Positions 10,908 to 22,059 are shown, numbered from the stretch's first letter. The stretch is DNA of 64,000 nucleotides from Candidatus Latescibacterota bacterium (GCA_965198115.1 OZ240241.1:7776001-7840000); one strand, 5' to 3'. The notes: generated from the sequence alone by a model not told the origin. Numbers and translations: made by a program.

Positions 10908-12327
10908 GGCTATATCCGGATCTCTCAACGAGATGAAGTGGGTGAAGGTGCCGTGGTTCCTGGCATGGGGGCGCGGTTAGAGTGTGCGGAACCTCTTCGG
11001 AATCTGCTCAGGGATGTTTATGTCTCCGACGGTAAGGAAGATCATATCGTTGAATGCGTCGAGTGTGCGGAATCCGCTGGCTCGGTTCTTGACGATTTGG
11101 ACGATTCGGTTGAGGCCTTCGGCGATGGCGTTGGTAAGACGCGTGTTCACGAATGCGAGGACGCCGAAGAAGTGCTGTCGCAGGGTCCTGACGAACTTTC
11201 GCAGGGGTTCAAGTCGACTTCTGAGTGCGGACGTCGTCCAGCATTTCAGGAAGCGTTCGGCAGCCCAGGGCGCTTTGTATTCCCAGAACTGCTCGAACTC
11301 GTCCTTGAGTCTCCAGGCTCTATAGATTCGGTAGTTCGCCTTCTCCAGTGCTTTGAGTGTCCGAGTATCCCCTCTGGAGCGTGTCGCTGAGTGCCGGTAG
11401 AGGAGCCATCGGAGGCCCTTCATGGCTTTGCGCTCATCCGGGGCAGCTTTACGCCACTGGTCCTTACGGACCTCGTCAACGGCGGCATTGAGAGCCTTGA
11501 CGATGTGAAAGCGATCGAGGACCAGCTTGGCATTCGGACAGTGTTCCTGGATGGCTCCGATGTAAGCTTCGCTCATGTCGCAGCAGGCCCACTCGATCTT
11601 GGATCTCCGGTAGGGACTGAGAGCCTCTGTGAAGAACCGATCGATCGTTTTACGCGCCCTGCCGCGGCCAACCCACACCACGCAGGAGCGGTCCAGATCG
11701 TAAACGAGCGTGGCGTACCTGTGACGCTTGGCGTAGGAGATCTCGTCGATCCCGATGGTTTTGAGCCCTCGGATACGATGACCTTCACGAAGCCGCGTGA
11801 TGGATCGGTGAAGGAGATCCGACAGCGTCGAGGCAGAGATGCGCAGCAACTCGGACGCCGCCTTCTGCGTCATGGTCTGGCAGTAGCGCAGCATGGCATA
11901 CTCGAAGCGATACGTCACCCGAGAGAACCGCTCCGCCCACGGAATCTCCTCGACCACACGACCGTGGGTAGGACACCGAATCTCCCGAGGATGGTAGAGA
12001 AGCCAGACCCTCCACCCGCACACCGGAATGTCACGCCACCGACGCGGATGGGGCATTGTGCGGACGATTTTACCTCGACGGCCGCACTCCGGACAACAAC
12101 AACCATTCTTATGTGGCTTTACGGCGATGACGAAGCAGCTTCTCCCCTCAAACCACCAGCTGACAACACGGAACCCCTTGAATCTCAGCAGTTTCGATAG
12201 TAATCTGCTCCCGGTCATAGGTCGCACCCCCTTCGCTTTGATTGTCCTACACACACAACCAAGCGTAGGGAACGATCTATGACCTTGTCATTCTATAGTT
12301 TCACCGTTGAGAAACCCGGATAGAGCC
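10908..12327 (-). mobile_element. ISL3-family IS, copy 3
   Basis: Same IRs; TSD ATTTAAAG. Confidence 0.95.
10977..12254 (-). CDS. ISL3 family transposase
   Basis: Near-identical copy. Confidence 0.95.
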   Translation of the reverse strand: MCRTIKAKGVRPMTGSRLLSKLLRFKGFRVVSWWFEGRSCFVIAVKPHKNGCCCPECGRRGKIVRTMPHPRRWRDIPVCGWRVWLLYHPREIRCPTHGRVVEEIPWAERFSRVTYRFEYAMLRYCQTMTQKAASELLRISASTLSDLLHRSITRLREGHRIRGLKTIGIDEISYAKRHRYATLVYDLDRSCVVWVGRGRARKTIDRFFTEALSPYRRSKIEWACCDMSEAYIGAIQEHCPNAKLVLDRFHIVKALNAAVDEVRKDQWRKAAPDERKAMKGLRWLLYRHSATRSRGDTRTLKALEKANYRIYRAWRLKDEFEQFWEYKAPWAAERFLKCWTTSALRSRLEPLRKFVRTLRQHFFGVLAFVNTRLTNAIAEGLNRIVQIVKNRASGFRTLDAFNDMIFLTVGDINIPEQIPKRFRTL

Positions 12328-12713
12328 ATTTAAAGACGACCCTGAATTTATCAGGGTGGGGTTTTCGGGGGGGCCGTACTCTGCCTGGTTGCAAGCAATC
12401 GAAAGGCATCGAGACACTAACTCCGGATTGGAGCTATTGGATGAAGTGGGGCTCCTGCCCGGCGAAGTCATGATGCTGGGAATGGACTACATAAGTGAAG
12501 ACCCTAGCTGGAGACGTTCAAACCGCCTCCTTATCTGGGAGAGTGCTGCCTACGCTTGCCCAACACCCTCTGCGAGCACCTGGTAGACCGAGATCACCTC
12601 CAGGTCGTCCCTTACGACGGGCCCATCAACCCCCAACCCCCCTCGCGATGCCGACCACGTCCTCTTCCCGCGCGTACAGCTCAGCGGCGACCAACCGTCT
12701 GGCCCAGTCGATC

Positions 12714-13241
12714 GGGTCCAGGCCCTCCACCCGCCTTCCTCGTGGCCAGGTGCCCTCTCGCTCGAAGAGGGCTTTCCTGACGCGCACAGAGTCGACACTG
12801 GGAAGGGGCAACTCGTTCGTCCGGGCAACGGTATCGATCAACAGCCGGATCGAGGCCACGTCCTTTGGGACGGCAATCGGCAGACCCGATGTGCGTCTCC
12901 TTTTCTTTGGCTTGGCACTCGTTCTCACTAATTCCGTTGCCCTTCCGGGCGAAGGCATGCGCGATGCGCGCAAGGTTCTTCGCGGCAGACCCCGTCTCTC
13001 CGATCGCGCGGGGGACGACCGGATCACCCGGCACCCAAACGCCAGAGCTACGAAGAAAAATAACTTTGGCGACAGGACGTTGGCGGAATAATTTTTCTAT
13101 TCGGGCAACTCCGCATTTTCGTGCCCGGTTTCCCACCCCAAAGAACATCACAATAAACGCCCTATATCACTGTTTATATAGGTTAATCGTTTCTTCGTAG
13201 TCCATGATTTTCCAGAAAATGGGGTCAATTGTTCGCGAGGT
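12714..13241 (-). repeat. Repeat 'X', copy 1, including a small ORF (MRTSAKPKKRRR...)
   Basis: Reverse complement of 53300-53862; terminus AATTGACCCCATTTTCTGGAAAATCATGGACTACGAAG. Confidence 0.9.
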
Positions 13242-13254
13242 GGTGATCCAAACC

Positions 13255-13620
13255 TCCGCCGGGTCGAGCTCGCGACCGGGCGCGATGGAGACCGTCGCGG
13301 GAACGGGATCTGTCGGCCCCGCGGGTGACGGCGGCCCTGCTACGGACGCCCGGTTCGGAGAAGTGATGGGACTGGCCATCGACGGAGACGGAAACATCTA
13401 TGTCGCGGAGGGCTCCTTCCACGTCGTCCGGATGATCGAAGGAGCCGGTGCCACGGCTACCGCCGATTTCAACGGCGATGGTTCTGTCAGCTTCGCTGAC
13501 TTCCTGATGTTCGCAGCGGCCTTCGGCACGTCCACTGGAGACGCGGGCTTCGATGCAAAGTTCGACCTGAACGGCGGCGGCTCGGTCGACTTCATCATTT
13601 TTGCAGGGGCGTTGGGTTAG
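13255..13620 (+). pseudogene. C-terminal fragment of an NHL-repeat protein with a dockerin/EF-hand-like tail
   Basis: ETVAGTGSVGPAGDGGPATDARF...GLAIDGDGNIYVAE followed by ADFNGDGSVSFADFLMFAAAFG. Confidence 0.7.
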
Positions 13621-14024
13621 GATGGGAGACAGTACCACGTTGAAGGGGCTTATCGTTCACGTCTCACGTCATGGCGACCACAATCCTCAAAAATCCACCC
13701 CGCGTTCCCGATCGGCCTGATCGATCCCAGTTCCCGATTTCATCATCCCGGTGGATGACAATCACGGGACGCTCAGCATCGACAAGGACGGCAACATCAC
13801 GCAGTCCGGTTTCGATGTGCTCGGGTCCCAGGTCTTCCGGATGGCGGCCGGCAGTTCCAGCTTCGCCGTCCACCAGTTCGGGCACGATGACGCTCAACAT
13901 CGAGTTCCCGGGCCGCATCTGTGGCTTCACCCCTCGGCCACGACGATCCGGTGACGATTCTGTTCCGGTTTCTGACAGTGTCCGCAGGCGTCGTCCATTT
14001 CACAAACCGAGGAGATAGGCCGCT

Positions 14025-15077
14025 ATGCTTAGCGAAACAGAAATACGAGAGTTGGAGGCCGAGAACAGCTCACGCGTCAACGAAGGGCGTCCGATCAAGC
14101 AGATCATCGCCGACGGCGACATCCCGCGTCTGAATGGTTGCACGATCCTTGAGGGAAAGGTCTCGGACTCTGTGTTCGGGGCAGACCTGGCTACCGGTGA
14201 GGGGAGACCGATCCGGCTGATGTTCCGCAACAACCGGATCTCGACGCACGACGTCAATCGTGGTGCCATTCCGTTCAAGGATCAGGTACTCGCGAACAAT
14301 CACGATCATATGCTGCGCCTGGTTGAGCCGGTGCTGGGCAGCTCCCAGTTCAAGGTCCCGGGCCTGCGGGCGAGTTCGACGGTGATTCCGGCGGAGAATC
14401 TCAAGCTGGTTGCCCTGGAGAATGTCCTGCGGATGTACAATGCCGAAAGCAGCACCTCCACATCACTCTACCAGGCCTGGCTCAAAGCCAGGGAGGCCGG
14501 AGAGACCACGCTTTCCTATGCCGGCCATCAGATCGAGGTGGGACAGCTCTCAGCAAATGGCGTGCTGCCTTACCTGATGGATACGCCCAGTACCAAGGAC
14601 AAGGTGGACCGGACGATCGACCCCAAGTACCTGTTCGACAACGGCGTCTGCACGCAAGGCGAGTACAACCGGATTCGCAACTCGTCCATGATGGCCTTCG
14701 GCATGGTCTCCCAGTACCTCGCGGAGCGGGGAATGATCCTCGTGGACACCAAGACCGAGCACGGGATCAATACTGAGGGGCAGATCGTGGCGGCGGACGA
14801 GTTGTATACCATGGATTCGAGCCGCTTCTGGCGCATGGACGACGACGGACAACCGCTGACCCGTGATGGCAAGCCTGTTTCGTTCTCCAAGGAATTCGCG
14901 CGGGGCATGGTCACGGAGAAGGATCAGCAGTTCACGGAGGAGCAGGCTGGCGAGATCGCGGTTCGCTATATCCAGGGCCTGCAGCATCTGACAGGCGAGG
15001 CATTCGAGCCGGATCTGCGGCCGCGCGATCAACGCATCATCGAATCGACGAATCTGATTCTCGACCACCTGCTGTAG
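14025..15077 (+). CDS. purC: Phosphoribosylaminoimidazole-succinocarboxamide (SAICAR) synthase, divergent
   Basis: EGKVSD, NRISTHDV..GAIPFKDQVL, MILVDTKTEHG and ADELYTMDSSRFW motifs; GGAG RBS. Confidence 0.8.
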   Translation: MLSETEIRELEAENSSRVNEGRPIKQIIADGDIPRLNGCTILEGKVSDSVFGADLATGEGRPIRLMFRNNRISTHDVNRGAIPFKDQVLANNHDHMLRLVEPVLGSSQFKVPGLRASSTVIPAENLKLVALENVLRMYNAESSTSTSLYQAWLKAREAGETTLSYAGHQIEVGQLSANGVLPYLMDTPSTKDKVDRTIDPKYLFDNGVCTQGEYNRIRNSSMMAFGMVSQYLAERGMILVDTKTEHGINTEGQIVAADELYTMDSSRFWRMDDDGQPLTRDGKPVSFSKEFARGMVTEKDQQFTEEQAGEIAVRYIQGLQHLTGEAFEPDLRPRDQRIIESTNLILDHLL

Positions 15078-15099
15078 GGCAGCCCGATAGAGGCAAGAG

Positions 15100-15128
15100 A
15101 AAAGGGGGACTCGGCCGAGTTCCCCCCA
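15100..15128. terminator. Hairpin downstream of purC, possible terminator
   Basis: AAAAGGGGGACTCGGCCGAGTTCCCCC, a GC-rich stem with an adjacent A/T run. Confidence 0.45.
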
Positions 15129-15411
15129 AGGAGATGAGCGAGGAAGTCCCGTCGACTTCTTCGAATATTCGCGTCCCAGAGATCAACTCCATCCCGATTT
15201 CATAAAACTTGCCGAAGAGGAGACTTACTCCCCCGCCCGCCAGATCATAGAACCGATGATGCGTTGGTACGAAGATACTACGTGTAGGAAGCAAAAGCTG
15301 TTTTTCGAACACCGGCTTGCGTCAAAACTAAACCGTCGGATGTGTACGGGTCAAGTCCCATAGTCAGTTGAAACTCATCGGGCCCCGCAGTTTGGTCAGG
15401 CTCTCTTTTGA

Positions 15412-16831
15412 GGCTCTATCCGGGTTTCTCAACGGTGAAACTATAGAATGACAAGGTCATAGATCGTTCCCTACGCTTGGTTGTGTGTGTAGGACAATCA
15501 AAGCGAAGGGGGTGCGACCTATGACCGGGAGCAGATTACTATCGAAACTGCTGAGATTCAAGGGGTTCCGTGTTGTCAGCTGGTGGTTTGAGGGGAGAAG
15601 CTGCTTCGTCATCGCCGTAAAGCCACATAAGAATGGTTGTTGTTGTCCGGAGTGCGGCCGTCGAGGTAAAATCGTCCGCACAATGCCCCATCCGCGTCGG
15701 TGGCGTGACATTCCGGTGTGCGGGTGGAGGGTCTGGCTTCTCTACCATCCTCGGGAGATTCGGTGTCCTACCCACGGTCGTGTGGTCGAGGAGATTCCGT
15801 GGGCGGAGCGGTTCTCTCGGGTGACGTATCGCTTCGAGTATGCCATGCTGCGCTACTGCCAGACCATGACGCAGAAGGCGGCGTCCGAGTTGCTGCGCAT
15901 CTCTGCCTCGACGCTGTCGGATCTCCTTCACCGATCCATCACGCGGCTTCGTGAAGGTCATCGTATCCGAGGGCTCAAAACCATCGGGATCGACGAGATC
16001 TCCTACGCCAAGCGTCACAGGTACGCCACGCTCGTTTACGATCTGGACCGCTCCTGCGTGGTGTGGGTTGGCCGCGGCAGGGCGCGTAAAACGATCGATC
16101 GGTTTTTCACAGAGGCTCTCAGTCCCTACCAGAGATCCAAGATCGAGTGGGCCTGCTGCGACATGAGCGAAGCTTACATCGGAGCCATCCAGGAACACTG
16201 TCCGAATGCCAAGCTGGTCCTCGATCGCTTTCACATCGTCAAGGCTCTCAATGCCGCCGTTGACGAGGTCCGTAAGGACCAGTGGCGTAAAGCTGCCCCG
16301 GATGAGCGCAAAGCCATGAAGGGCCTCCGATGGCTCCTCTACCGGCACTCAGCGACACGCTCCAGAGGGGATACTCGGACACTCAAAGCACTGGAGAAGG
16401 CGAACTACCGAATCTATAGAGCCTGGAGACTCAAGGACGAGTTCGAGCAGTTCTGGGAATACAAAGCGCCCTGGGCTGCCGAACGCTTCCTGAAATGCTG
16501 GACGACGTCCGCACTCAGAAGTCGACTTGAACCCCTGCGAAAGTTCGTCAGGACCCTGCGACAGCACTTCTTCGGCGTCCTCGCATTCGTGAACACGCGT
16601 CTTACCAACGCCATCGCCGAAGGCCTCAACCGAATCGTCCAAATCGTCAAGAACCGAGCCAGCGGATTCCGCACACTCGACGCATTCAACGATATGATCT
16701 TCCTTACCGTCGGAGACATAAACATCCCTGAGCAGATTCCGAAGAGGTTCCGCACACTCTAACCGCGCCCCGATGCCAGGAACCACGGCACCTTCACCCA
16801 CTTCATCTCGTTGAGAGATCCGGATATAGCC
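15412..16831 (+). mobile_element. ISL3-family IS, copy 4
   Basis: Same IRs; TSD TCTTTTGA. Confidence 0.95.
15485..16762 (+). CDS. ISL3 family transposase
   Basis: Near-identical copy. Confidence 0.95.
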   Translation: MCRTIKAKGVRPMTGSRLLSKLLRFKGFRVVSWWFEGRSCFVIAVKPHKNGCCCPECGRRGKIVRTMPHPRRWRDIPVCGWRVWLLYHPREIRCPTHGRVVEEIPWAERFSRVTYRFEYAMLRYCQTMTQKAASELLRISASTLSDLLHRSITRLREGHRIRGLKTIGIDEISYAKRHRYATLVYDLDRSCVVWVGRGRARKTIDRFFTEALSPYQRSKIEWACCDMSEAYIGAIQEHCPNAKLVLDRFHIVKALNAAVDEVRKDQWRKAAPDERKAMKGLRWLLYRHSATRSRGDTRTLKALEKANYRIYRAWRLKDEFEQFWEYKAPWAAERFLKCWTTSALRSRLEPLRKFVRTLRQHFFGVLAFVNTRLTNAIAEGLNRIVQIVKNRASGFRTLDAFNDMIFLTVGDINIPEQIPKRFRTL

Positions 16832-17417
16832 TCTTTTGAGCATTCTGTTCGTTGTCGAGATTCAGATCTTTGTTCAGTGCTTGCCTGAGTAGGGGAAGAT
16901 GTTTGTATCCGCTCACGCGTCGCAGGCGAGGTTCGATGTCGAGGAGTGCGGCAGCCACCCATCTGTGTCTCTGGGGAGAGTTGTTCCAGCGTCTGACCTT
17001 CCGAGTGAGCTCGCCGGTCATGCTGTTGAGGGCTTCGATGCAGTTGGTGGTTCGGAAGCTTCGTTTCAGGAATGGGAGCATACCCAGCCGGTGGAGGTTT
17101 CAACTGACTATGGGACTTGACCAAATCTTTCCGCACTCAACCGATCAGCCTTTTCCACCATCCGTGACGAACCGGGACGACCGTCCATTGTCACCCGCGC
17201 CTCCGTATAGTCCTGCGCGGCATCTACAATGACGGCAGCAGCCAGACGACAGTAGCCACCTGTTTGCTCAAGGTTTCCCATTCCAGATCGAACGTCGGGT
17301 CGGTCGACCCGAAAAGCCGGTCGTTCGGGCAAGCAAGGCCGAAAACCGGGAACGGTTCGAGCGGATCGACGCCGAGCTCCTGGCCGAGCACATCGAGATC
17401 GCGGAGAACTGGCCATC

Positions 17418-17756
17418 ATGAAGCTGCACTACATGGTCGAGCACGAGCTCCGCGACCGCATCCGCGAGCCGCGCTACGGCCCCATCGGCGTCTGGGTCCA
17501 GGGGCCCGGCCTCGATCTGGTGATCGAATTCCTGCCCGGCCACGCCGAAGCCCAAGAGGAGACCGAATGGGTCGTCAACCGGTTGGTCGAGAACGACGTC
17601 CGGTCGCTGCCCGAGGATTTTCTGGCTTACCACCAGTCGACACTCTCGCCCTACCGCGGCATGTGCGGGGCCGTGGTCCAGACCGACCACTACGTGTCGG
17701 CCAAAGCCTGCACGAAGTCGGTCTTGGAACGGATCGCCGGCGGCGGTATTACCTAG
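17418..17756 (+). CDS. Hypothetical protein, possibly prophage-derived
   Basis: GC3-rich 112-aa ORF; ATGA overlap with an upstream truncated ORF (…EHIEIAENWPS*). Confidence 0.6.
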   Translation: MKLHYMVEHELRDRIREPRYGPIGVWVQGPGLDLVIEFLPGHAEAQEETEWVVNRLVENDVRSLPEDFLAYHQSTLSPYRGMCGAVVQTDHYVSAKACTKSVLERIAGGGIT

Positions 17757-18008
17757 TGTTCCCGGTCTCGACTGCCCGTGTCTTTCTCTCGCGCCTACAC
17801 GTTCTCTATTGGGATAACGAACATCTTCAGCCCATCGAAGAACTCCGTGCCCATGCGCATTGATTCTGGCGTTTCCTTAAAGGAAGGCATCAACATGGTC
17901 TCAAAGCCATTACGATCCTGGGTGTAATTCACCAGCAGGCCCCGCGCCTTTCCATAGTAGGTCAGCCCACCTTGAATTAGGCCACAGCACCGCTTGATCA
18001 CCTCGTTC

Positions 18009-19097
18009 CTAGTGTCGTGTCCCGCGAATAAGTTTTAGAAGTCTGTTGAGTTTGTCGAGGATCGAGTCAGCGGTTGCCGTCCACACGAAAGGCTTTGAGT
18101 TCTGATTGTATTGGTCTGTGAACTTCTGGATGCAGGTGATCAGATCCTTGACGTTCCGAAAGGTTCCTCGTCGGATTGCTCTTTGTGTGATGATGCCGAA
18201 CCAGATCTCTACCTGGTTTAGCCAGGAGGCATACGTTGGTGTGTAGTGCACGTGGTATCTTTTACGTGAGGTGAGCCAACGTTTGACGTTCTGGTGCTTG
18301 TGAGTGCCGTAGTTATCGACGACCAGATGGATGTCGAGATCCTTCGGGACGTTTTTGTCAATGTGCTTGAGGAACTGAAGGAACTCTCTGTTGCGATGTC
18401 TGGGCTTGCACTGAGTCAGGACTTTTCCTGATGCGATGTTGAGCGCCGCAAAGAGGGTAGTCGTGCCGTGCCGTGTATAGCTGTGAGTGACGCCCTCGAC
18501 ATACCCGAGGCCCAAAGGGAGAATCGGTTGCGTCCGTTCGAGTGCTTGAATCTGGCTCTTCTCGTCTATGCAGAGCACCATTGCGTTGTCCGGCGGGTTC
18601 AGGTATAAACCGACGATATCCCTGACTTTCTCGACGAAGAAGGGATCGTTCGACAGCTTGAAGTGCTTCTGCCGATGCGGCTGCAGTCCAAAGGCTCTCC
18701 ATACACGTTGCACTGTGGACTTTGAGAGGCCCGTCTCATCGGCCATCGCTCGACAGGTCCAGTGGGTGGCATTCTTCGGCTTCTTCTTGAGCGTCTTGTA
18801 GATGAGTGAGGAGATCTCTTCGTCGCTAACGGACCGCGGACCACCAGGACGTAACTCGTCATACAGTCCCATCAAGCCTTGCTCGCAGAAGCGACGGCGC
18901 CATTTGCCAACGGACGCTCCGGACAACCCGACTCGTTCGGCGATCTCCTGATTGGTCAGACCACCATCGCTCAGCAGGACGATCTTCGCCCGACGCACCA
19001 GAGCGTGAGGCATGCTGCGCGAACCGGACAACGACTGGAGTTGATCGCGGACTTCATCACTGATGTTCAGTGGTTGTAACGGACGACCTCTTGCCAT
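18009..19097 (-). CDS. IS630 family transposase
   Basis: HTH N-terminus; CIDEKSQIQA, YTRHGTTTL, VVDNYGTHK and SWLNQVEIWF motifs. Confidence 0.95.
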   Translation of the reverse strand: MARGRPLQPLNISDEVRDQLQSLSGSRSMPHALVRRAKIVLLSDGGLTNQEIAERVGLSGASVGKWRRRFCEQGLMGLYDELRPGGPRSVSDEEISSLIYKTLKKKPKNATHWTCRAMADETGLSKSTVQRVWRAFGLQPHRQKHFKLSNDPFFVEKVRDIVGLYLNPPDNAMVLCIDEKSQIQALERTQPILPLGLGYVEGVTHSYTRHGTTTLFAALNIASGKVLTQCKPRHRNREFLQFLKHIDKNVPKDLDIHLVVDNYGTHKHQNVKRWLTSRKRYHVHYTPTYASWLNQVEIWFGIITQRAIRRGTFRNVKDLITCIQKFTDQYNQNSKPFVWTATADSILDKLNRLLKLIRGTRH

Positions 19098-19177
19098 CGG
19101 TTCCTCCTCACAATGAGTGCCTGAGGAACCTTACGACTGTATCACGAATTTTTCTAGTTATTCCTGAGACGAGACAC
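18012..19177 (-). mobile_element. IS630-family IS
   Basis: IRs GTGTCGTGTCCCGCGAATAA / GTGTCTCGTCTCAGGAATAA; TA duplicated in a CTAG target. Confidence 0.92.
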
Positions 19178-19756
19178 TAGAGAGTCCTTTGGATGACGAA
19201 AGGATATACAGAAAGTCTGGCTTTGAATCCAAATGTGCTGCCTGATAGACCATTGATTCCTTCGAATTGTCTTCGCAGACCATCTTGACTGCATGAGACA
19301 GCGATGCCCCGAGCCTTCGTCTTTCATCCAGGACTAAGTCGCAAAGCTCATCCTGCATCAAAAGGTAGTTACTTCTGTCGGACGCTGGATCGAACAGATC
19401 GACAATCCCCTCATCCAGTCCTTCGTCGTACTTGTCCAGCCTTTCGGACAGATCATTCGACACCCGTTCCATAGGCGCGGCCAGTAAGTCGGCGCGCCCT
19501 TTCCTGTTGATAAGTTCCTCGACCGCACCTCTTCGTTCGTGAAGTTCTCGCAGGATGTCTTGCATCCCGTCTACCTCACGAGGTGATCCCCCGTAGAGAA
19601 CGAAAAACTCGAAAATGGCCTTCTCGATTCCAACGGTTCGTTGCAGCTCGGGACAGATTGAACAACGTGCGTCCAGATATAGAAGGAGGTCATTGATCGT
19701 TCTCAGTTCGTTCACAATGTTCAAGAAGTCGTTTACGGAGAGATAGGAAACGGGAA

Positions 19757-21184
19757 GGCGAAGTCTCGTAGATTGTTGAAATTGGGTGGCGGCTCCTCCG
19801 CCCGAATTCCATGATTCGGGTGGGTAGTAGTTCACATCAAAGAGGAGCCACCACCATGGGTAAGAATGTCAGTAAGAAAGCAAGTCGGCAACAGGGGAAC
19901 GTCAAATCGGGACTGAGTCAGGCGCTTGGTGCGTTCGTTCGAGAGAGTCTGTAGGACACGGTTCTGGTGTCCGGGTTGTCGCACGTCATTGAGGTGCTTG
20001 AGTCGGAGCGGACGCAGGTGTGCGGGCCTCGTTATCGGCACACGGAAGAGCGTCAGGCTCACCGGGGCGGGCATGTGCCCAGCTCCCTGGTACTGGGTGG
20101 GCGACTGGTCAAGGTGAAGCGGCCTCGGGTGCGGACGACCTCGGGGGAAGAGGTGTCGCTGCCGAGCTGGGAATCGTGGTCGGCCAGGGACCCGCTTGAG
20201 GCGCGTGCGATCGAACAGATGCTGGTCGGGGTGTCGACGCGCAAGTACCGGCGCTCTCTGGAGGAGGTGCCTGAGGTCCTTGTGGGCCGTGGAACCAGTC
20301 GGAGCGCGGTAAGTGGCCGGTTCGTCCGTGGGACAGCCAGGAAACTGGCCACGCTGATGGAGCGCGATCTGTCCGAGCTGGGCCTGAAAGTGCTGATGCT
20401 CGACGGCGTCCACTATGCCGGCGATCACGTCATTGTGGCGGGGGTGGGCATTGACGGCCAAGGCCAGAAGCACGTGCTCGGACTCTGGGAAGGGGCGACG
20501 GAGAACAAGGCCACCTGCACGGCCCTGCTGGAGGACCTTGTAGAGCGGGGCCTCCCCACCGACCGGGCTATCCTCGTGGTGATCGACGGCGGCAAGGCCC
20601 TTTACAGGGCTGTGCGGTCGGTCCTCGGAAGACGCGCGCTCATCCAGCGATGCCAGGAGCATAAGAAGCGGAACGTGTTGGACGCGCTGCCGGAGGGCAA
20701 GCGGGGGTCGGTGAAGCGCGCCCTGAAAGACGCGTTCAAAGCCGAAGATCCTGAACTAGCCGAGCGTATGCTGAAGAATCTGGCGAGGAGCCTGGACGAG
20801 CAGCACCCCGGTGCGGCCGCCTCGCTCCGCGAAGGGCTCGAGGATCTGCTGACGGTCAAACGCCTGGGCCTCGGTGGATCTTCCCTGGAGCGCACCCTTT
20901 CGAGCACGAACGTCATCGAAAACCTGATCGGACAGTTGCGCCAACTCTCAGGCCGCGTCAAGCGATGGAAGAGCGGCCGCATGATCCTGCGCTGGAGCGC
21001 CGCCGGTGCCTTGGAAGCCGAACGGGGCTTCCGGCGACTCAAGGGCTACCGCCAGATGACCAAGCTTGTGGTCGCCCTTCAGACGCACGATGCCGCTCTC
21101 GACGGGAACGTTGAAGGACGCCCTGCAGCCGCCTGAAACCATCACATGCCGCTGTCCAATTTCAACAGCGAAAAAGACATTGCC
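19757..21184 (+). mobile_element. IS256-family IS (type B)
   Basis: IRs GGCGAAGTCTCGTAGATTGTTGAAATTGG / GGCAATGTCTTTTTCGCTGTTGAAATTGG; TSD AACGGGAA. Confidence 0.92.
19856..21136 (+). pseudogene. IS256 family transposase with an early in-frame TAG (19952-19954)
   Basis: ATG 19856 with GAGGAG RBS is in frame with 19967-21136; VLMLDG, VIDGGKAL, IQRCQEHKKRN and STNVIE motifs. Confidence 0.85.
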
Positions 21185-21759
21185 AACGGGAACCGAATCG
21201 ATCTCAAGTGGCATGTCCTGGCTGAGAGCTACTTCCTCCTGTGTTTCGACGACGACTACAGCACGGACGGGTTCGATTTGGTTAGGCTTGAAGGAGACCT
21301 GTCCTCGCCTCGGGTGGTTGCACCAAAACTCTCGCGTCTTGGATGTCTTGATGCCACCCCTCACTTGCCTCAATGCAGCTTCCGCACTCTTCTGTACCCA
21401 CCAAACGAGTTTGTCTCCGGTCCTTTTTTCAGGGTCCTGCTGACATTTCATCGAAACGAAGATTCCCCTGTTCCTCAGCGCGAGTAGCAGGTCGACGACC
21501 TCCTTGTCTGACTTGACTGTGTACTGGGGACTTCGAAAGACGTTCTCCCAAGTCAGAGGCACGCTCGCCAGCCGCTCAAGAAACCTTTCGGCTTGATCCG
21601 TTCTTTGCACTCTGGAGTCCAATTTAGTAGGCGCTTCCGTGTGTTGCGTCGCAGCTGCCGATGATGGGCGCTCATAGCGCTCGACAATGACCTCACTAGC
21701 TCGCGCCCGCATCTGCGAGGCGTCGTACCACCGGTCGCTGGATGAGGACGGGTTCGGTT

Positions 21760-22059
21760 GTGTCTCTGGGGGGAGTTGTTCCAGCGTCTGACCTTCCGAG
21801 TGAGCTCGCCGGCCATGCTGTTGAGGGCTTCGATGCAGTTGGTGGTTCGGAAGCTTCGTTTCAGGAATGGGAGCATCCCCAGCCGGTGGAGGGTCAGGGT
21901 TTCCTCCAGGCCTTCCTCGAGGCTCGTTACGGCAGACTGATTCATCAGCTTCAGTTCGGGTTTAAGTGATTCGAGTGCGGCCTTTGCCTCCTCGTAGGTG
22001 TCGCAGTCATAGGCTTTCTGGAGCTTCCGTCGGATTCGCGGACGTTCCCTCTCCGGGAG
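21760..22059 (-). mobile_element. IS256-A internal fragment
   Basis: Matches LPERERPR...WNNSPQRH of the IS256-A transposase. Confidence 0.85.

Larger units (their letters stand above)
10745..12586 (+). pseudogene. Hypothetical protein interrupted by ISL3 copy 3
   Basis: The frame reads through the TSD: ELVRLYDQLEAFK|DDPEFIRVGFSGGPYSAWL. Confidence 0.45.
15349..17122. mobile_element. Deleted IS256-A derivative bounded by two right-hand IRs, containing ISL3 copy 4
   Basis: GGTCAAGTCCCATAGTCAGTTGAAA at 15349 and its reverse complement ending at 17122; only the transposase 3' end remains. Confidence 0.75.
17795..21712 (-). pseudogene. NERD/PD-(D/E)XK-like nuclease-domain protein split by IS256-B and IS630
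   Basis: KEVVDLLLALRNRGIFVSMKCQ nuclease-like motif. The frame restores across both insertions (DSVPV|SYLSVND; SSKGLS|RNEVIKRCC). Confidence 0.6.
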
